This document shows, piece by piece, positions 1-12,620 of a stretch of 39,131 bases of DNA. Under the pieces are notes generated by a model. That model was not told where the DNA came from. It searched no databases and saw only the letters and a list, made by a program, of their open reading frames with translations. The position numbers were made by a program, and so were the translations under genes. The stretch is from positions 1 to 39,131 of the forward strand of contig JTLS01000038.1 in assembly GCA_000826855.1 (NCBI GenBank), in the 5' to 3' direction. Every line of letters starts with the position of its first letter. Positions within the stretch are counted from its first letter, which is position 1. This DNA comes from Basidioascus undulatus (lineage: Eukaryota).

Positions 1-1184
1 CGTGTCGAACGTTGTCGGGTTCTAGAAGGCGGTCATGGTCGATGGACAAGCCGGGAGGAGGGCCGGGTGTCAGTTTCGTTAATGCGCTGGACAGACAACA
101 CTGTCCGGCCAGATAACGGCGGGCGGTCAGGACCATGACAGGCTTGCATTTGAGAGGATAGAAAAAAATCCTCGAGCTGTGCGGGAGACGTGGAGGGTAT
201 TTGCTACCCCACATGATAGAAAGCTTGCTCGCAGCGCCGAGGAAGCTTTTCGCGATGCTGGCTGGTGACCAATGCGTAAATCAGGATGCCATGTCTTACT
301 TAGAGGCCATGCTTGGTCTCAAATGTGAAACATTTGCTCTTACACGTTTGACACACAGAAGAGAGAGAAAACGCATTCGGGGTGCGGACGTGGTGAGTGT
401 CGGGCATTGGGTGCAGTTGGCTCCTTCTTCCAACGTCCGGCAGGCGCAATCATACAACTTCCAATACAGGAGCTAATGCACTTCCCAATTACGTCAAATA
501 CCACTGTATGGTGAAAATATAATAGCCCAAGGCCTGAGCGGGGATTTCGGTAACGCTAATCAGCCCCAGTGCAACCCGGTCCCAGAAAACTGGTTTGACA
601 GCAGTGCGAAGATCTCGGAGGTTCCTCAGCATTCTTCATCGCAAGTGAGGAGTTGCGTCTTCCTACCCCCGATGCGATAGGCCGATATTGGCTCTCAAGC
701 CATTCGGAACACGTGTTTGCCAAACTTGCTTCACCGCTCCGCTCAGCAGAAGAGGGACGGTGTCGATGTCCTAGTTCACACATACAGGTCGTGCGGCTCG
801 AAGTACGCAAGTACACAATACTAACGTCCATTGGGGATATTGATATTTTGAAAAGCTTGAAGTACAAACGTCCAGGTTGTGTTTGTGCTGGTTGTGTTGC
901 CCAGAAATGAGCGCTCAGTATACGAGCGCGGCCCGCTCCGCAAGCTTTAGCTCGACGTTGGCCCGCCCTACTCCGCCTTCGCCGCCGCCGTGGCCCTCAC
1001 GTTCGCCTCGAGAAGGAAGACGTACCTGGATAAACGCGAGGGTTACATTTATATAACTTGTGATGCCCAAGGTCCTCATCGCAGCACGCATTGCCCTTTC
1101 CCCCCTCAATCTTCAACCTCTGTGTGCTGACTGTCGCTTTGGAATCGCCCTCCGCGGCCTTTTCACCCTTATCGGTTCAATTCG

Positions 1185-2833
1185 ATGGACCGCCATTTTC
1201 AAAATTTCTCACCTGCGCCCTACCCAGCTGTAGGCGTGATTTACGGTCAAAATGCCCCTACCGGATCCGAGGAACCGATGTCGTGGGCGCCCTCTGTCCC
1301 AATACAAGTAAGTCCAACTCTTCATTCACTTTCGAGACGGGCACCCAAGTGTCCGAACCCAAGCGGATGTCTTGTATCTGGCCTCTTTCGCTTGGCTGAC
1401 TGTCCTTGGTTGCGATCTCTTCTGCCCCGCACCTGCAGACCTTCCATCCCCCGATCTCGTATGAGGCGCAGAAACGCATCGTCCACGACCGCATCATCGC
1501 GACCCACCACGGGCTGACGTTTCCCGAACCAGCACCCGCTCCGGTGGAGTGGGTGCCGCCGTTCGAGCAGCCTCCCGCCTCTCCTCTCTTGCCGCACTTC
1601 GGGTCGCCGTCTCAGTCCCACAGTTGGGACGAGACCGAGCTGCCGCTCTGGAACTCCTCTCCGTACCCCTCTTCCTCTCCTCTTCCTCCACCATCGCCGC
1701 ATCCGGCATCGCCCTGGGAGCACCAGTACCAACGGGCTGCGGGCCCGGCACCGTCGTCTGTACCGCAATCGACGTTTTCATTGGCTCCGCCGTCAGCAGC
1801 GCCTCGGTACGACACGCTCAGTCGAGCGTACACCGCCCCGGAACTCGGCCTAGATGCCTCTTCCAAGCACGACTGGACCGCTGGAATGTCTTCCATCGAA
1901 TCGCCTCCGACCGCCACGGGTACTCGAGCGCCTCCTGCAGCTGCACCGGCCAGCAGCGCGTCTTCCGGCTCCTCCTCCACACCAGCTTTTCTCTACTGGC
2001 CCGACTCGAGCCGAGCCGAGCAGACTCTCTCGCCCACCTCGTCCGACTGCCTTTTAGAGAGCTTATCTCCGCGGCAGCAGCGTAAGGCAACGGAGGCCGC
2101 AGCGACAGGGAAGCAGATACCCGCCCGCGCGTCCAGCCGCAAGAAGCGGAAAAAAACTGAGGCCGACGCCCAGGGGATGGATGTCGAGGATACGGATGAG
2201 GAGGTTTCGAAGAAAAAGAGAAAGAACGCTGGCGCGGTGAGTGCTCTGCATATCCTGCGATATGGCCTTAGGCTGACCTCAAGGGGAACGTGACAGTCTC
2301 GGAAGTTCCGCGTGATCAAGAGGAAGAAGGTGGACGTGAGCGTTTGTTTCCTCTGACTTACGATATGTGGCCATCGTCGTGTCTTTCGCTGCTTACGGGT
2401 CTCTTGTGGGCATCGTTTCAGGCCTTAGAGCAGGAACTCGAGTCCCGCAAAGCGAAGCTCCAATTTGTCGTCAACAAGTGTCTGGCGATGGGCGTAGGGC
2501 TAGCACGTGCCGTTCATAAGGGTTCTATCCAATAAACACCCCGGTTCTCATCCAGTTGACCACTGCCCCTCATTGTATTACGCAGGAGGACGCAAACTTC
2601 GACGTCGATGCCGTGTTCCGCCCCTACCCGCGCGACAAGAAGGGACACATCGACCTCTGTGGAGGAGGCGTCGTGAAGCCGGAGCCGAAAATGGAGCAGC
2701 GTCCTCGGCGGAGGTACAACAAGCGCAAAGTGAGTTCGAAGAGGACGAGAGGCATCGCACAGATAGAATGCTCACCTCACAGCCGAAGAACGCTGTCGCC
2801 GCCATCGACGCCGACGCATCCGCGGCGGCCTGA
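1185..2833 (+). CDS. bZIP transcription factor, paralog 1 (Pro/Ser-rich N-terminus, canonical N-x7-R basic region)
   Basis: Manual splicing: MDRHF...VPIQ|GTAAGT..CAG|TFHPPISYEAQKR...EEVSKKKRKNAGA| intron 2237-2296 |SRKFRVIKRKKVD (2297-2335)|..|ALEQELESRKAKLQFVVNK..|EDANFDVDAVFRPYPRDKKGHIDL..|PKNAVAAIDADASAAA* (2783-2833). KRKNAGASRKFR..LEQE fits the bZIP consensus. Confidence 0.8.
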
Positions 2834-3375
2834 GGGCCATTTTTTCGCGGCCACATATTGACTCGTTAAAAGAATCGAGGAGCTGATGACCTAGTCGACA
2901 AGTGATACGGGCCATATTCAAACCTATGTCTTCTTCTTTCATGGACGTGGAAGTGCGGACGGACGGGATTGTGGGCGCCTGGAACGACTGTATTCCCCAC
3001 TGGCTATAGGTAGGCATGTGATGCGCACGTTTAGGTTGCACCAGTTCACTGCAAGACTGTTTAGCACAAGCCAAACAGCGTAAGTATGGCACGTTGTGAG
3101 CGGCAGAAGGCGACGTTGCACTTTCGCGAAAGCATCTCAAAGCCGGCCGCCTGGCACGGTCCAGTACGCCGCAGTGGCACCCGACAAGAAAGTAAACTGA
3201 ACCGCTGCACAACTGGCACAAGGAGAATATTAGGAAGAACCGCCGACCGCAAGCCGCAGCCCCGCATGGTTCGATACTGCCTTAAGACCTCCAGGTTCGG
3301 ATCCACAAACGAGCGCCGTGCGGAAATGTCCCATGAACGAAGCGCACCACCTCCACACATCCGTCCCTACCCCAT

Positions 3376-6219
3376 CTAATCCTCCTCCATTCCCGCGCCC
3401 TCCTGGCCGACCCCGAGTCCCTGGAATTTCTCCGTCCGCCCGGGGACCTTCCCATCCGCCCTGAAGCCCACGCGCGTCTTCTCGCGCAGGCCCTCGACGT
3501 CCGCGCCCTCGTCCTCGGCCCACTGGAGAACGAGGTGGCGGCCGAGCAAGTGCGAGTGCTTGAGCGCCTCGAACGCGTTCTCCGCCTCGCGCCGCGTCGC
3601 AAACTCGAGGAACGCGAAACCGCGCGTCTTGGCGTCGAACTTGCGCGGGAGGCGGACGGACTTGAGCTGACCGTGGGCGCTGGAAGTGCGAAAGTAAGGT
3701 CGTAAACTTCGTGCTGCGACGGGCAGGCAGAGGGGGACGGAGAGGAGGAGGGAAAGGGGAGGGATAGAAACGCACCCGAACAGCTCGCGCACGTCCTTCT
3801 TGCTCGCCTCGAACGGCAAGTTCTTGACGATCATCTTGGTCGTCTTCGTCTTGCCCATCGCCTCCTTGCCGTCCTTGCCCTCGTCCTCCTCGCGTCCGCG
3901 GTGAGCGAACTTGACCTGCAGCGCGTGGCCGTCGAGGACGAAGCCCTGCATGCTGGCCGCAGCGCTCTTGGCGTCCGCGGCGTCCTTGAACCCGACGAAG
4001 CCGTAGCCCATGCTGAGGCGCGCGCCGGGCTTCTTCGGGTCCGGCTTGGTCTGGATACGGGCGAACACGAAGCCGGGGAGGGACGCGAACGTCGAGGAGA
4101 ACTTGGACTCGACCGTGGCGAAGGAGAGGTTCTTGACGAAGAGCGTCGCGCCCGGCGCGGCGGAGGAAGACGTCGACTCGACTGCTGCGGACTGGTCGGG
4201 GAGTGTGACGACCGCGCTGGGGGCGGTGACGACGGCCTTCGCGTCGGTCGGCGCGGCGCCGCCTTCCCACATCCCGCCGGGGCCCTTCTCGAGATAGAGG
4301 ACCGAGTTCCCCATGCGCTTGTACGCGAGCGCGCGGAACGCCTTGCGCGCCTCCTGCGGGAGGATGAACTCGACGATGGCGATCGTGCCCGCGGGAGGGA
4401 CGAGCACGCGCGCGAGCTCGCCGTGCGGCGCGAACGTGTCGCGCACCGTGTCAGCGCTCGTGCCGTAGGGAATGTTCTTGACGAGGATGGTCGTTTCGGA
4501 GCGCGGCTGCTTGTTCGCGTGCGCGGGGTCGAAGGCCTCCAAGTTCACGCCCGAGGAGGAGAGGAAGGATTTCGTTTCGGCGATGACGTGCGTTTCGGCG
4601 AGCGCGAGCCGGACGGCGGCGTTGTCGGAGGAGGGGTCGAGGATGTCGGCTTTGGAGAGCTTGAGGCGGTCGGCGACGGACGAGAGGACTGCATCTTGCT
4701 GTAGGAGTGGGCGGGCGGCATTCAGTAGCCGAATTGAGATCGGAGGAAGGGGATAAGAAGACGGGAACCGACGCACGTTCATGAACAGCCCACTCCAGCT
4801 CCACTCCCTGCCCTCCGCGCCCTCCCTGCGGTCTTTCGCGCGAACCTTCTTCACGCTCATCTTCCCCGGCTCCTCCTTCTGCTTGCGGTTCACGGCCGGA
4901 AGGACGTGCATGATGCGTCCCTGGAACGTACTCCCGTCGAGCGCCTGGAACGCCGCGAGCGCGGCGTTCGGCTGCGCAAACGTGACGTAGCCGATCCCGT
5001 GCGGGGTCTTGGTCGTGGGCGAGAGCGGGATGTGCGTCTGCGAGACGACGCCGTACTTGGAGAAGAGCGCGGCGAGCTCGGATTCGGTGCAGGAGAAGGC
5101 GAGGTTGCGGACGAAGAGGCGCCCCGTCGAGAGGATCTGCTCGGACGCTTCGGCAAGCCGGCGCGCAGCGGCTTCGGCGGGGGTCTCCTTGATCTGTGAG
5201 GCGGAGGGGGAGGGTTCAGGGGTGGTGGTCCCAAGTGCCACGGAAGAGGAAGATACACACCTCGTCTTCCTCCTCCTCCGACTCGGACTCCACCTTCTTC
5301 GCCTCACGATTCCCCTCCTCCTCCGGAATATGCCGGCGCTTCATCCTCAAGCGCATGTACTCGAGGTCCGTCAAGCCCTCCGCATCGACATCCCTCATCG
5401 CGGCGTCCTCGCACTCAGCACTTTCTCCATCCACCTTCTCCTCCTGCGCCTGCACCTCCGGCGTCGGCTCCCTCGCGCGCTTCTTCTTCTTCTTCGGCTT
5501 CACCTCCTCCACCACCGGCTCGGGCTCCTCCGCTTCCGCTTCCGGCTCGGGTACGGGCGCGGGCTCGGACGCGGCAGGAACCGAGTCCTCCCAGCTGCGG
5601 CCCTTGCCTTTCGGCTTGGACCCCATGACAGAGAGGAACTCGTCGAGCTGCGCGGAGGACTTGGATTTCTTGGCGGGTGGAGCGGAGGAGCTGGCGGTGG
5701 GTGCGGCGGAAGAGGGCTGTTTCGACGCGGAGGGTACGGGGGCGGAAGGAGGCGGAGGGGAGAGACGGCGTCGTTTGGGTGGGGGTGCTCGCTGAATAGG
5801 CTTCTCCTGTGATGAATGGAAGTAGCCTTCAATCAGTTCAAGCTCAAGGACCGCTGGCATCTCCCTTCACCGCCCATCGCGCCACCCAGGAGTTCGCAAG
5901 ACTCACATCGCTAACGACATCCACGTTCAACTTCCACGTCCCCCAGTACGTCCCATTGAACCATTCCCTCGCATCACGCGCCTCCTCCTCCGTCTTGAAC
6001 CCGACAAAACCAAAGCGGCGGCTCGTGCCGTCGCGCTTGCGGGCGAGCTTGGCGTCGGTGACGGTCCCGCCGCGCTCGGCAAAGTGCGCGCGCAGGGTGT
6101 CCGCAGTCGCGTCGGGGGGGAGAGATTTGATGATGAGTCGTGACCTGGGAATGGAGGTAGAGCGGAGCGTGAGTCTGGGAAGCTGCAGGGGCAAGTGACG
6201 GTGCCGCTCAGACGGACAT
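3376..6219 (-). CDS. MRD1: Multiple RNA-binding domain protein 1 (five RRMs, RBM19 orthologue, 40S biogenesis)
   Basis: Spliced N-terminus MSRLIIKSLP..RRFGFVGFK. Further RRMs: RLFVRNL, TILVKNIPY, TLFVKNL..MGYGFVGF, KMIVKNLPFEA..RGFAFLEF..HLLGRHLVLQWA. Linker WSGLFMNQDAV..AVRLALAETHVI is typical of Mrd1. Introns include 6145-6217, 5194-5260, 4699-4776 and 3680-3775. Confidence 0.95.
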
Positions 6220-7197
6220 TAGGCCATTCGATCGAGATTTAGGCGGCGAAAGAGAAGGCGGCTCAGATGAGAGTAGATTGTGCCCTAAGATTGGTAAGTC
6301 GTATTTTAAATCTGGAGAAAGGTGAGCTTGAGCTGGGAGACGAGAGTGTGGCAGGAGGTCAACCGCGATTCGAAAGATTTGGGTGGGCCGGCGGACTTTG
6401 CTTCCGAGGGGAGATGGTTGTTTGGCGCTTCAAAGCCGTGGCGCATTCGCACGAGTGATTCCAGTGCCTCTCGAGAAGCAGGCAATATCCAGAAAACCAG
6501 GCCTTTCATTCTTCCAGTTTAAAGACGAAGAGTCAATGAGGAAGAGGGCACCAGCCCGACGCGTGAAAAAGTGATTCACAAACCACGCCACCGCGCTTGA
6601 AAAGGGTGCTCCACGCATAATCTGAGATTACCCGGGGGAATGTAAAGGTCAAAGAAACAGCAAGTCACAGAGAAAGACAATCAGGTTAAACGAGAAAAGG
6701 CCAAGACCCTACGCTGTGCCCCCTTAGGGCCCCGGTCTGCAGCTTGACTCCTCTTTTTCCCAAACAGGCACATGTTCAAGTGCTCTTCACGTTATTCCTT
6801 ATCTGAAACCTATTCTGAAGACCTCCTCCCCCGTCGTTGTACCGCCAGCTCTTACAGTCCCTTCCTTACATACGCGCCGGCGATCGCGCGATGCCGTATC
6901 TCGGTCGGCTTCTGCTTTTGGGGGTTCGTCGTGACGCTTAGGAATATAATTACCAAACCAGTGTCCATTATTGCATGTAGCTTAAAGCTGTCGTGCAGTC
7001 ACCCTAAACCAACATATCACATCATGCAACATTGCGCAACTCAACGTCCTCCTGGTTAACAAGCGCGATCCCGTGTTCCCTGAGCCTCATGCTCTGTTCG
7101 ACGACCCAGCCCAGCACATTATGGCTGTCACACCTCCGCCAAGCGAAGAACTTCCGTCGTGCACGCGTGAGACAGACACCACGCAATTGCTTGGGCC

Positions 7198-8010
7198 TCA
7201 TTTACACCAAACTGTTGAGAAAAGCGGTGCACTTGTTGCGCCACTCCTGGCTGTTGTGCATGATGATGCGAATAAGGCCAAGTGAAGGGGGAAGGGCACG
7301 GAAAAGATCGGGTGAAACCGGTAAAGTTTCAAGGAGCAGGATGGGTAAGTTTGGGCATGTGCTGAGCAAGACCCAATCGGCCGTGGTGTTGGGGTAAACG
7401 CCAGTCGCAACAGTTTCAGGCGGGGAGCGTACTTCCACATAAATGCAGACTGTTGCCAATCCAGATAGTCGCTTCTCAGATAAATCCTGAGCTCGGTGAG
7501 ATTGGCGAAATCGGAGTCTGCTAGCCATGAGCCACCACCGACGTGGATTATCTCACTGCCCAACCGCAAGTTGGTGACCATTGCGAGGCGAAGGGGACAT
7601 GGCATGGATGCGGCTCCGCGAATGTAGACCACTTCGCATGGAGCCCCAAGGTACGCAACTGCGATAATTAATCGATGCATGACAGAGTCAAGCCGGGTGC
7701 GCTCATGAGGACGAGCTGAGCTTTGAGCACCCGAAGTGTGGAGGACGATGCCGACACCAGAACGGTCAGGGTGTGCAAACCCACCGGAAGTACCCGCAAA
7801 AACTTCCCGTCGATCCTGTGAACCTAAATGCTTCGAGACGTGGGAGCATGGCGAGCAGTATGGGAAGCGTTGTCGCATCGAGCGAAACGGATGCCAGGGG
7901 GGCCTTCGGCTCGATGTGAACGACGACCGAGCGAATTTGAGAGGCCAGATCTGCCTTGTTTGTGCAAGCGCGAAGTGTTAAGTGTCGTGATGAGGGCTTC
8001 AGCGAGTTTC
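7198..8010 (-). pseudogene. Probable decayed F-box/RNI-like (LRR) protein gene
   Basis: LRR-like segments in different frames: ADLASQIRSVVVH..LPILLAMLPRLEAFRFTG, then NLTELRIYL..APRLKLLRLAF. No clean spliced model found. Confidence 0.4.
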
Positions 8011-8888
8011 TGTGTGCAGGGCGATGTCTCGATAAAAGCTCCGCGCGCCCACATCCTGTATGCGATGAGACGGCACATCGCAATCCCTTTATGGAAGCAC
8101 TGTCGAGAGACACACCTTTAGAGATCTGCAGATGATGGTCAAAGCTTGGCAGCGAAGGCGACCTGGTCGTGCCCATAGCTAGCAAGCTCGAAGATGCGTG
8201 CGATTATCTCGACGGGGACAGTACAGAACGGGCTCGAGTCCGTCGCGCGACGCTTTGATGATCTTGCAGCAACGAGTGGCAAGGAGATGGTGATGGCGAA
8301 GGGTAAGGAGAGGGTGGCGAGCGGGCTGGGAACGTTCCTGGCCTGTGAATTCTGTGTGCGCCGACAGCCAGCACGGTTCTATGAACACTGGGGTTTGTTT
8401 AGGGCACGAATGTATTTCGAAAAGGAATTTGTTATTACAATACTTGCTGCGCAGCATCCTAGTCTTGATATGATCTAAACGAGGCCTGACGTTCCTCAAC
8501 CTTACGGTGAACAGCCGTTGAAAGCGTAAGGGCCACCTCGCTCTCGACCTCACTCAGGCTGAACGTCTCCATAAGGTTGGCCGGCGCATTGTGCAAACCA
8601 ACGTGTGTGCCTTTCTGGTGCTTGTACTGAAAGAACCTGCAGACGGCACTGCAGGGCTTCAGGTTGGCTTTCAAGTGTCCATTCGCGCATATATAAAAAT
8701 ATTATCAAAGGCAATTTGTTCGACTTTTAACTTTTCATTAACAATGTCGCATACCACAGCAGCAATGCCATCAGCGCAAAGAAGACACAGCTCTGAGCGG
8801 CGTCCGTCCCACATTCCGTCGGCCGCAGCTTTCCTCGCACTTCACCCACATACGAATATGGCTGGCAAATTCCCCTGACGTAGTCCCG

Positions 8889-10655
8889 TCAAGCTGCAAC
8901 AGCTGTACCAGCCCCGGCAGCGGCAGCAGCTTTCTTCGTCTGCACATGAGGGTTCGGCGAGTCAGCGTCGAGTGCGCCCATGAGCAATCACGGAAAGAGA
9001 GCCTATCAGCGTCAGACTCCCCCCCTTCTTCCTCCCCCCCGAAGGCACGGTGTTCGCGCTCTTCGTATTCGCCTTTTCCCTCTCTTCCTCGGTACGGAGG
9101 TCGATGTGCCCGCGGCTGTCGCGCGGGTAGTGGGGGAACAGCGCGGGGACGTCCATTCCTGGACCCTTAAAATTTGCGAGACAAGAAGACATTGGCATTC
9201 GTGGTAAGATACGACGGTCAGGACGGTGCTGATCCTGGGTACACACAAAGTCTCCCCCGTGTCGCAGGATCTTATCCACAACGAAACGGCCGCGCCCACT
9301 GACCGCCTCGATCTCTTGCTCCAAGGCCTGCGAGAAGGTTCCACACCAATTTACAATTAGTTATCAAGATGCAAGACAAGATCTAGGAGAAGAATGAAGA
9401 GAAGGGCTCACAGCCTCCCGCTCCCGCTTCTTCTTGCGGAACTTTCGCGACTGTCGAGTCGTGCCCAATCAGCACACCACCGCACCGCGCCCAGCGCAAC
9501 AAGGTAAAAAAGACTCACCGAACCCGCCCCCTTCTCCCTCCTTTTCAAAGCGGTCTCCTCGTCCGTCTCCTCATCCAGCTCCTTGCCCTGCGCCGCAGCC
9601 TCCTCCCTCTGCCGCTTCTTTTGCTCGCGCAGCTTCTCCGCCGTTGCTGCGCCGCCCGCCGAGCCGCGCTTCTGGGGAGGCGGTGTCGGCTCGCGCAAGC
9701 GGGGACTCGAGGACAAAGCGCCGGAGGAGGTCGTGGCAAGGGAGGGGAAGGTGCTGGAAGCCCAGGCTGTCGAGCGGAAGGAGGCGGTGGTGGGGCCGAC
9801 TGCGGCAGAAGGGAGAGTGGATCCCACGGGAAGAGTGGAGTATTGGGGGAGCATCGGGGGAAGCCACGCGTTGTGCTGCCGCTTCCAGGTCGGCTCGTCA
9901 TACGGCGGAGGAGGCGGAACCGTCGTTGGCTGAGCGGCCTGCAGCGACCCTGCCGGGGACGTGCCAGACGTCCAAAATGCTAAAGACGTCGCGGCTGTCG
10001 CTCCGGCACCGAACTCCGGAGCGGTGTATGCGCGAGTGAGCTCGGGCCGGGGGACCGCCGCCGGCTGGTCGAACGAGACCACCGACTGGGGCATTGAAGA
10101 TGACAACGGCTGGAGGGGCCGATGCCACGAGGGTGCCGAATGTGGCTGCGAACGAAGAACGGGAGGTGGGGTGGAGCACAGTGGGGAGTTCCACTGGGGT
10201 AGGGCGGTCTCCTCGCTGTAACTCTCGGCCGGAGAGGTAGCGGCAAAGGTCCTCGGAGGAGTAGGAGCGGGAGGCTGCTTGAATGCGGTCCACTGTGCTG
10301 GAGCAGTTGGTGGGTTGGGACTGTGCAGGCTCGAGTAGGCCGCAATGTTTCGGTACTCCACGACGCGTTTTTGAGCGTCGTAAGATGTAGGGGGATAGTA
10401 GACCTGTTGTGAACAATAAAAGGACATGATATGCGGTCAGTCAACAACTTGTGTCTGTTAAGGACTGGGACGCACTGTTTGATCGGCGGAAGATCCCCAC
10501 GGCGGCTGTACAACGGTCGGCGCGTGTGCCGACGGGTGCTGATCCCACATTGATGTGCTCCCCGATGGGTTAAGTACTGGAGAGGGGCTGGTATAATGAT
10601 TGATCATCGAAATGGAACCGCGAAAGCAGTGAGTACGAGGAGGAGGACTCTGCAT
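8889..10655 (-). CDS. bZIP-like transcription factor, paralog 2 (basic-region Asn replaced by Gly)
   Basis: Homologous to paralog 1: YYPPTSYDAQKR, LTRAYTAPE, EETALKRREKGAGS| intron 9451-9518 |SRKFRKKKREREA (9412-9450)|ALEQEIEA..FVVDK, YPRDSRGHIDL, last exon TKKAAAAAGAGTAVAA* (8889-8939). Start codon uncertain (10655 or a downstream ATG near 10607). Confidence 0.78.
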
Positions 10656-11739
10656 GTGAAGAGGCAGATGGGGGAGATGACGAGGATTGCGACCGCACTA
10701 GTGTTGACGAAAGCTTAAAGGGTAAAAGTTGGACCGCCAGACCCTCGATCGACGGAGATGGAGGTCTCGACATGCGCGCAGGGACGGAGGGCGCGCAGGG
10801 ACGCAGGAAGGCTTGAGAGGCGGGCCGCGTCGGGACAGGACCACGTCAACGGGCAACTCATTATGTACCGATGCGTACCGATTTTTGAAGCACCCAGTCC
10901 CAGTCGAAGGTTCAGTGCAATTTTATGGCCTGTTATTCTGATCAAAGTCCATTTAAGTGGTTACTTCGAGCATCAGCAGGAACTGACCACTCGCTATCCT
11001 GCCCATGTGAAGCAGGTTTGGGAAACACGTGTTTCTACCTGCACGGTGCGTGTTAATGGGAAGTTTCACGTTCCGATTGGTATGTTTGTTTCTTTGGAGA
11101 AAAGCACAATAACTGCGTTGTAAATGGCGGAAGGTAGTTTCCAGCTCTTTGTCGTCTTTGCCCAACATCGCTTGCCGTGTCCGGCGTCCGCTGCCGTTCA
11201 CCGTACTCGGACGTCCCTTGTTCTGGATTTTCGGGAGACATCCGCAACACACTACCAGGCTGAAACTAGACAGCAACCGAGACTCACAGCAACCACATAA
11301 TGTGCCGCACTGCACCCGCATCCTCCAACCCCCTCCACTCGTCACGCACTACTCAACCTTGAGTTCAACGCCGAGTTTCCCTTCCGACTGAGTGACAACC
11401 GAACAGGAGAAATCGTTCAACAGCGGGTCGAAGGCGCGCTGATACTCTATATGTCCCTTGGGAGGCGAGGGCGGCACAAGGCTTCCAGCTGCCGGTCAAG
11501 GTGTTTGCCCTGTGCAGTGCAAGAACGGGCTCAACGATCTGATGCACGGGTGTATGTTGGTATGAGATTTATGAAAGGCACGTACGATGGATCCCCTGTC
11601 CCCCAAACAAATTGACGACATGGCGGAGGTCCGGACTCGTACCGCTGTTACGAAACCGGAAATGAAGTGCCCCAGCAACGCGTCAAAATTGACTGTGGGA
11701 ACGAAGGGGGGAAATGAGAAAATGAGGAGAACTGACAAC

Positions 11740-12300
11740 ATACCGCTCCTCCATGAGCTGCTTGCGGAACCTCCGAGACTACCACGTTTGCTTGTCAGCC
11801 CAATCCTCGATACCGCGCGTGTAGAAACCTTACCGCCTCAGAGTGAGGCGCCTTATTTTCATTCGACACCTCATCCTCGTCCCTCTTCCGCTTTTGCTCC
11901 ACAAACATGGGCTCGGGCGCCTGCATCGCCTGTCGCGGCGGTCGTCCGCCTCGGGCTGACCCACGCCGATGCCGTGGGGGAAAGCTGATGGAGTCGCAGC
12001 CGGTCGGGCCCGTCCAGGGCGACTGCTCTAAATAGGCCGCTTCTGGAGGGTAAAGGGAAGTCTGTGTAAAGAGATGACAGAAGATGTGTGGAGGAGGAGA
12101 CAGAACCGCTGGCCGCAGCCGTGGAAGGGGCCGGGGCGTTTATGGCGGTCGCATGCGGCTCACCGTAGGCTTACCAGTGGTCCAAACCGCTTCCGACTTC
12201 GAGGCGGTCTCAGAATGTGGAGCGGTGACTGTGCGAGCGAGCGAGTGTGTCGTACGGAGGGGCTGTCGGCGGGGGTGCAAACGTAAAGTGCACTGCGGCA
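11740..12300 (-). pseudogene. bZIP-like paralog 3, degenerate and apparently 5'-truncated
   Basis: Minus strand reads TFAPPPTAPPYDTLARSHS (paralog 1: FSLAPPSAAPRYDTLSRAYT), then KRKRDEDEVSNENKAPHSEA|GTAAGG intron 11779-11833 TAG|SRRFRKQLMEER. The intron is at the same position as in paralogs 1 and 2. Apparent frameshift near 12285. Zipper exon not found. Confidence 0.6.
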
Positions 12301-12620
12301 TACACGACTCACGCTCTGTAAGTGCTGTACTTTATAATTCGCGCTGCGTCCTTGCTCACTCGTGCATGCAGCGGCTTCTGCACCTTTGCTTCTTGATTGT
12401 CCACTTGCGTATGATACCGATATACCCTCCTCTCCCATCGGGGTACAAGTCGTCCTCGTTTAACACTTTGTTCCGGTAGGCACTCGCCCGAGGTACCCCT
12501 CGGTCGCCGTGCAAACACATCAGACGGCGCGGTGCACACGACCGTTCAGCCGCATTCAGCTGCATACTCGTTCTCAACTTTCCACGCAATCCTAGAAAGA
12601 ACTCTTCATATCCGCCCCAT

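Noticed and set aside
1..1180. Short ORFs at the window start
   Set aside because: No recognisable motifs or coherent splice model; probably intergenic or promoter sequence.
3230..5812. Long alternative-frame and antisense ORFs over MRD1
   Set aside because: Shadow ORFs caused by strong GC3 codon bias; no independent motifs.
8194..8478. Plus-strand ORF with CEFC
   Set aside because: An isolated CxxC with no other support.
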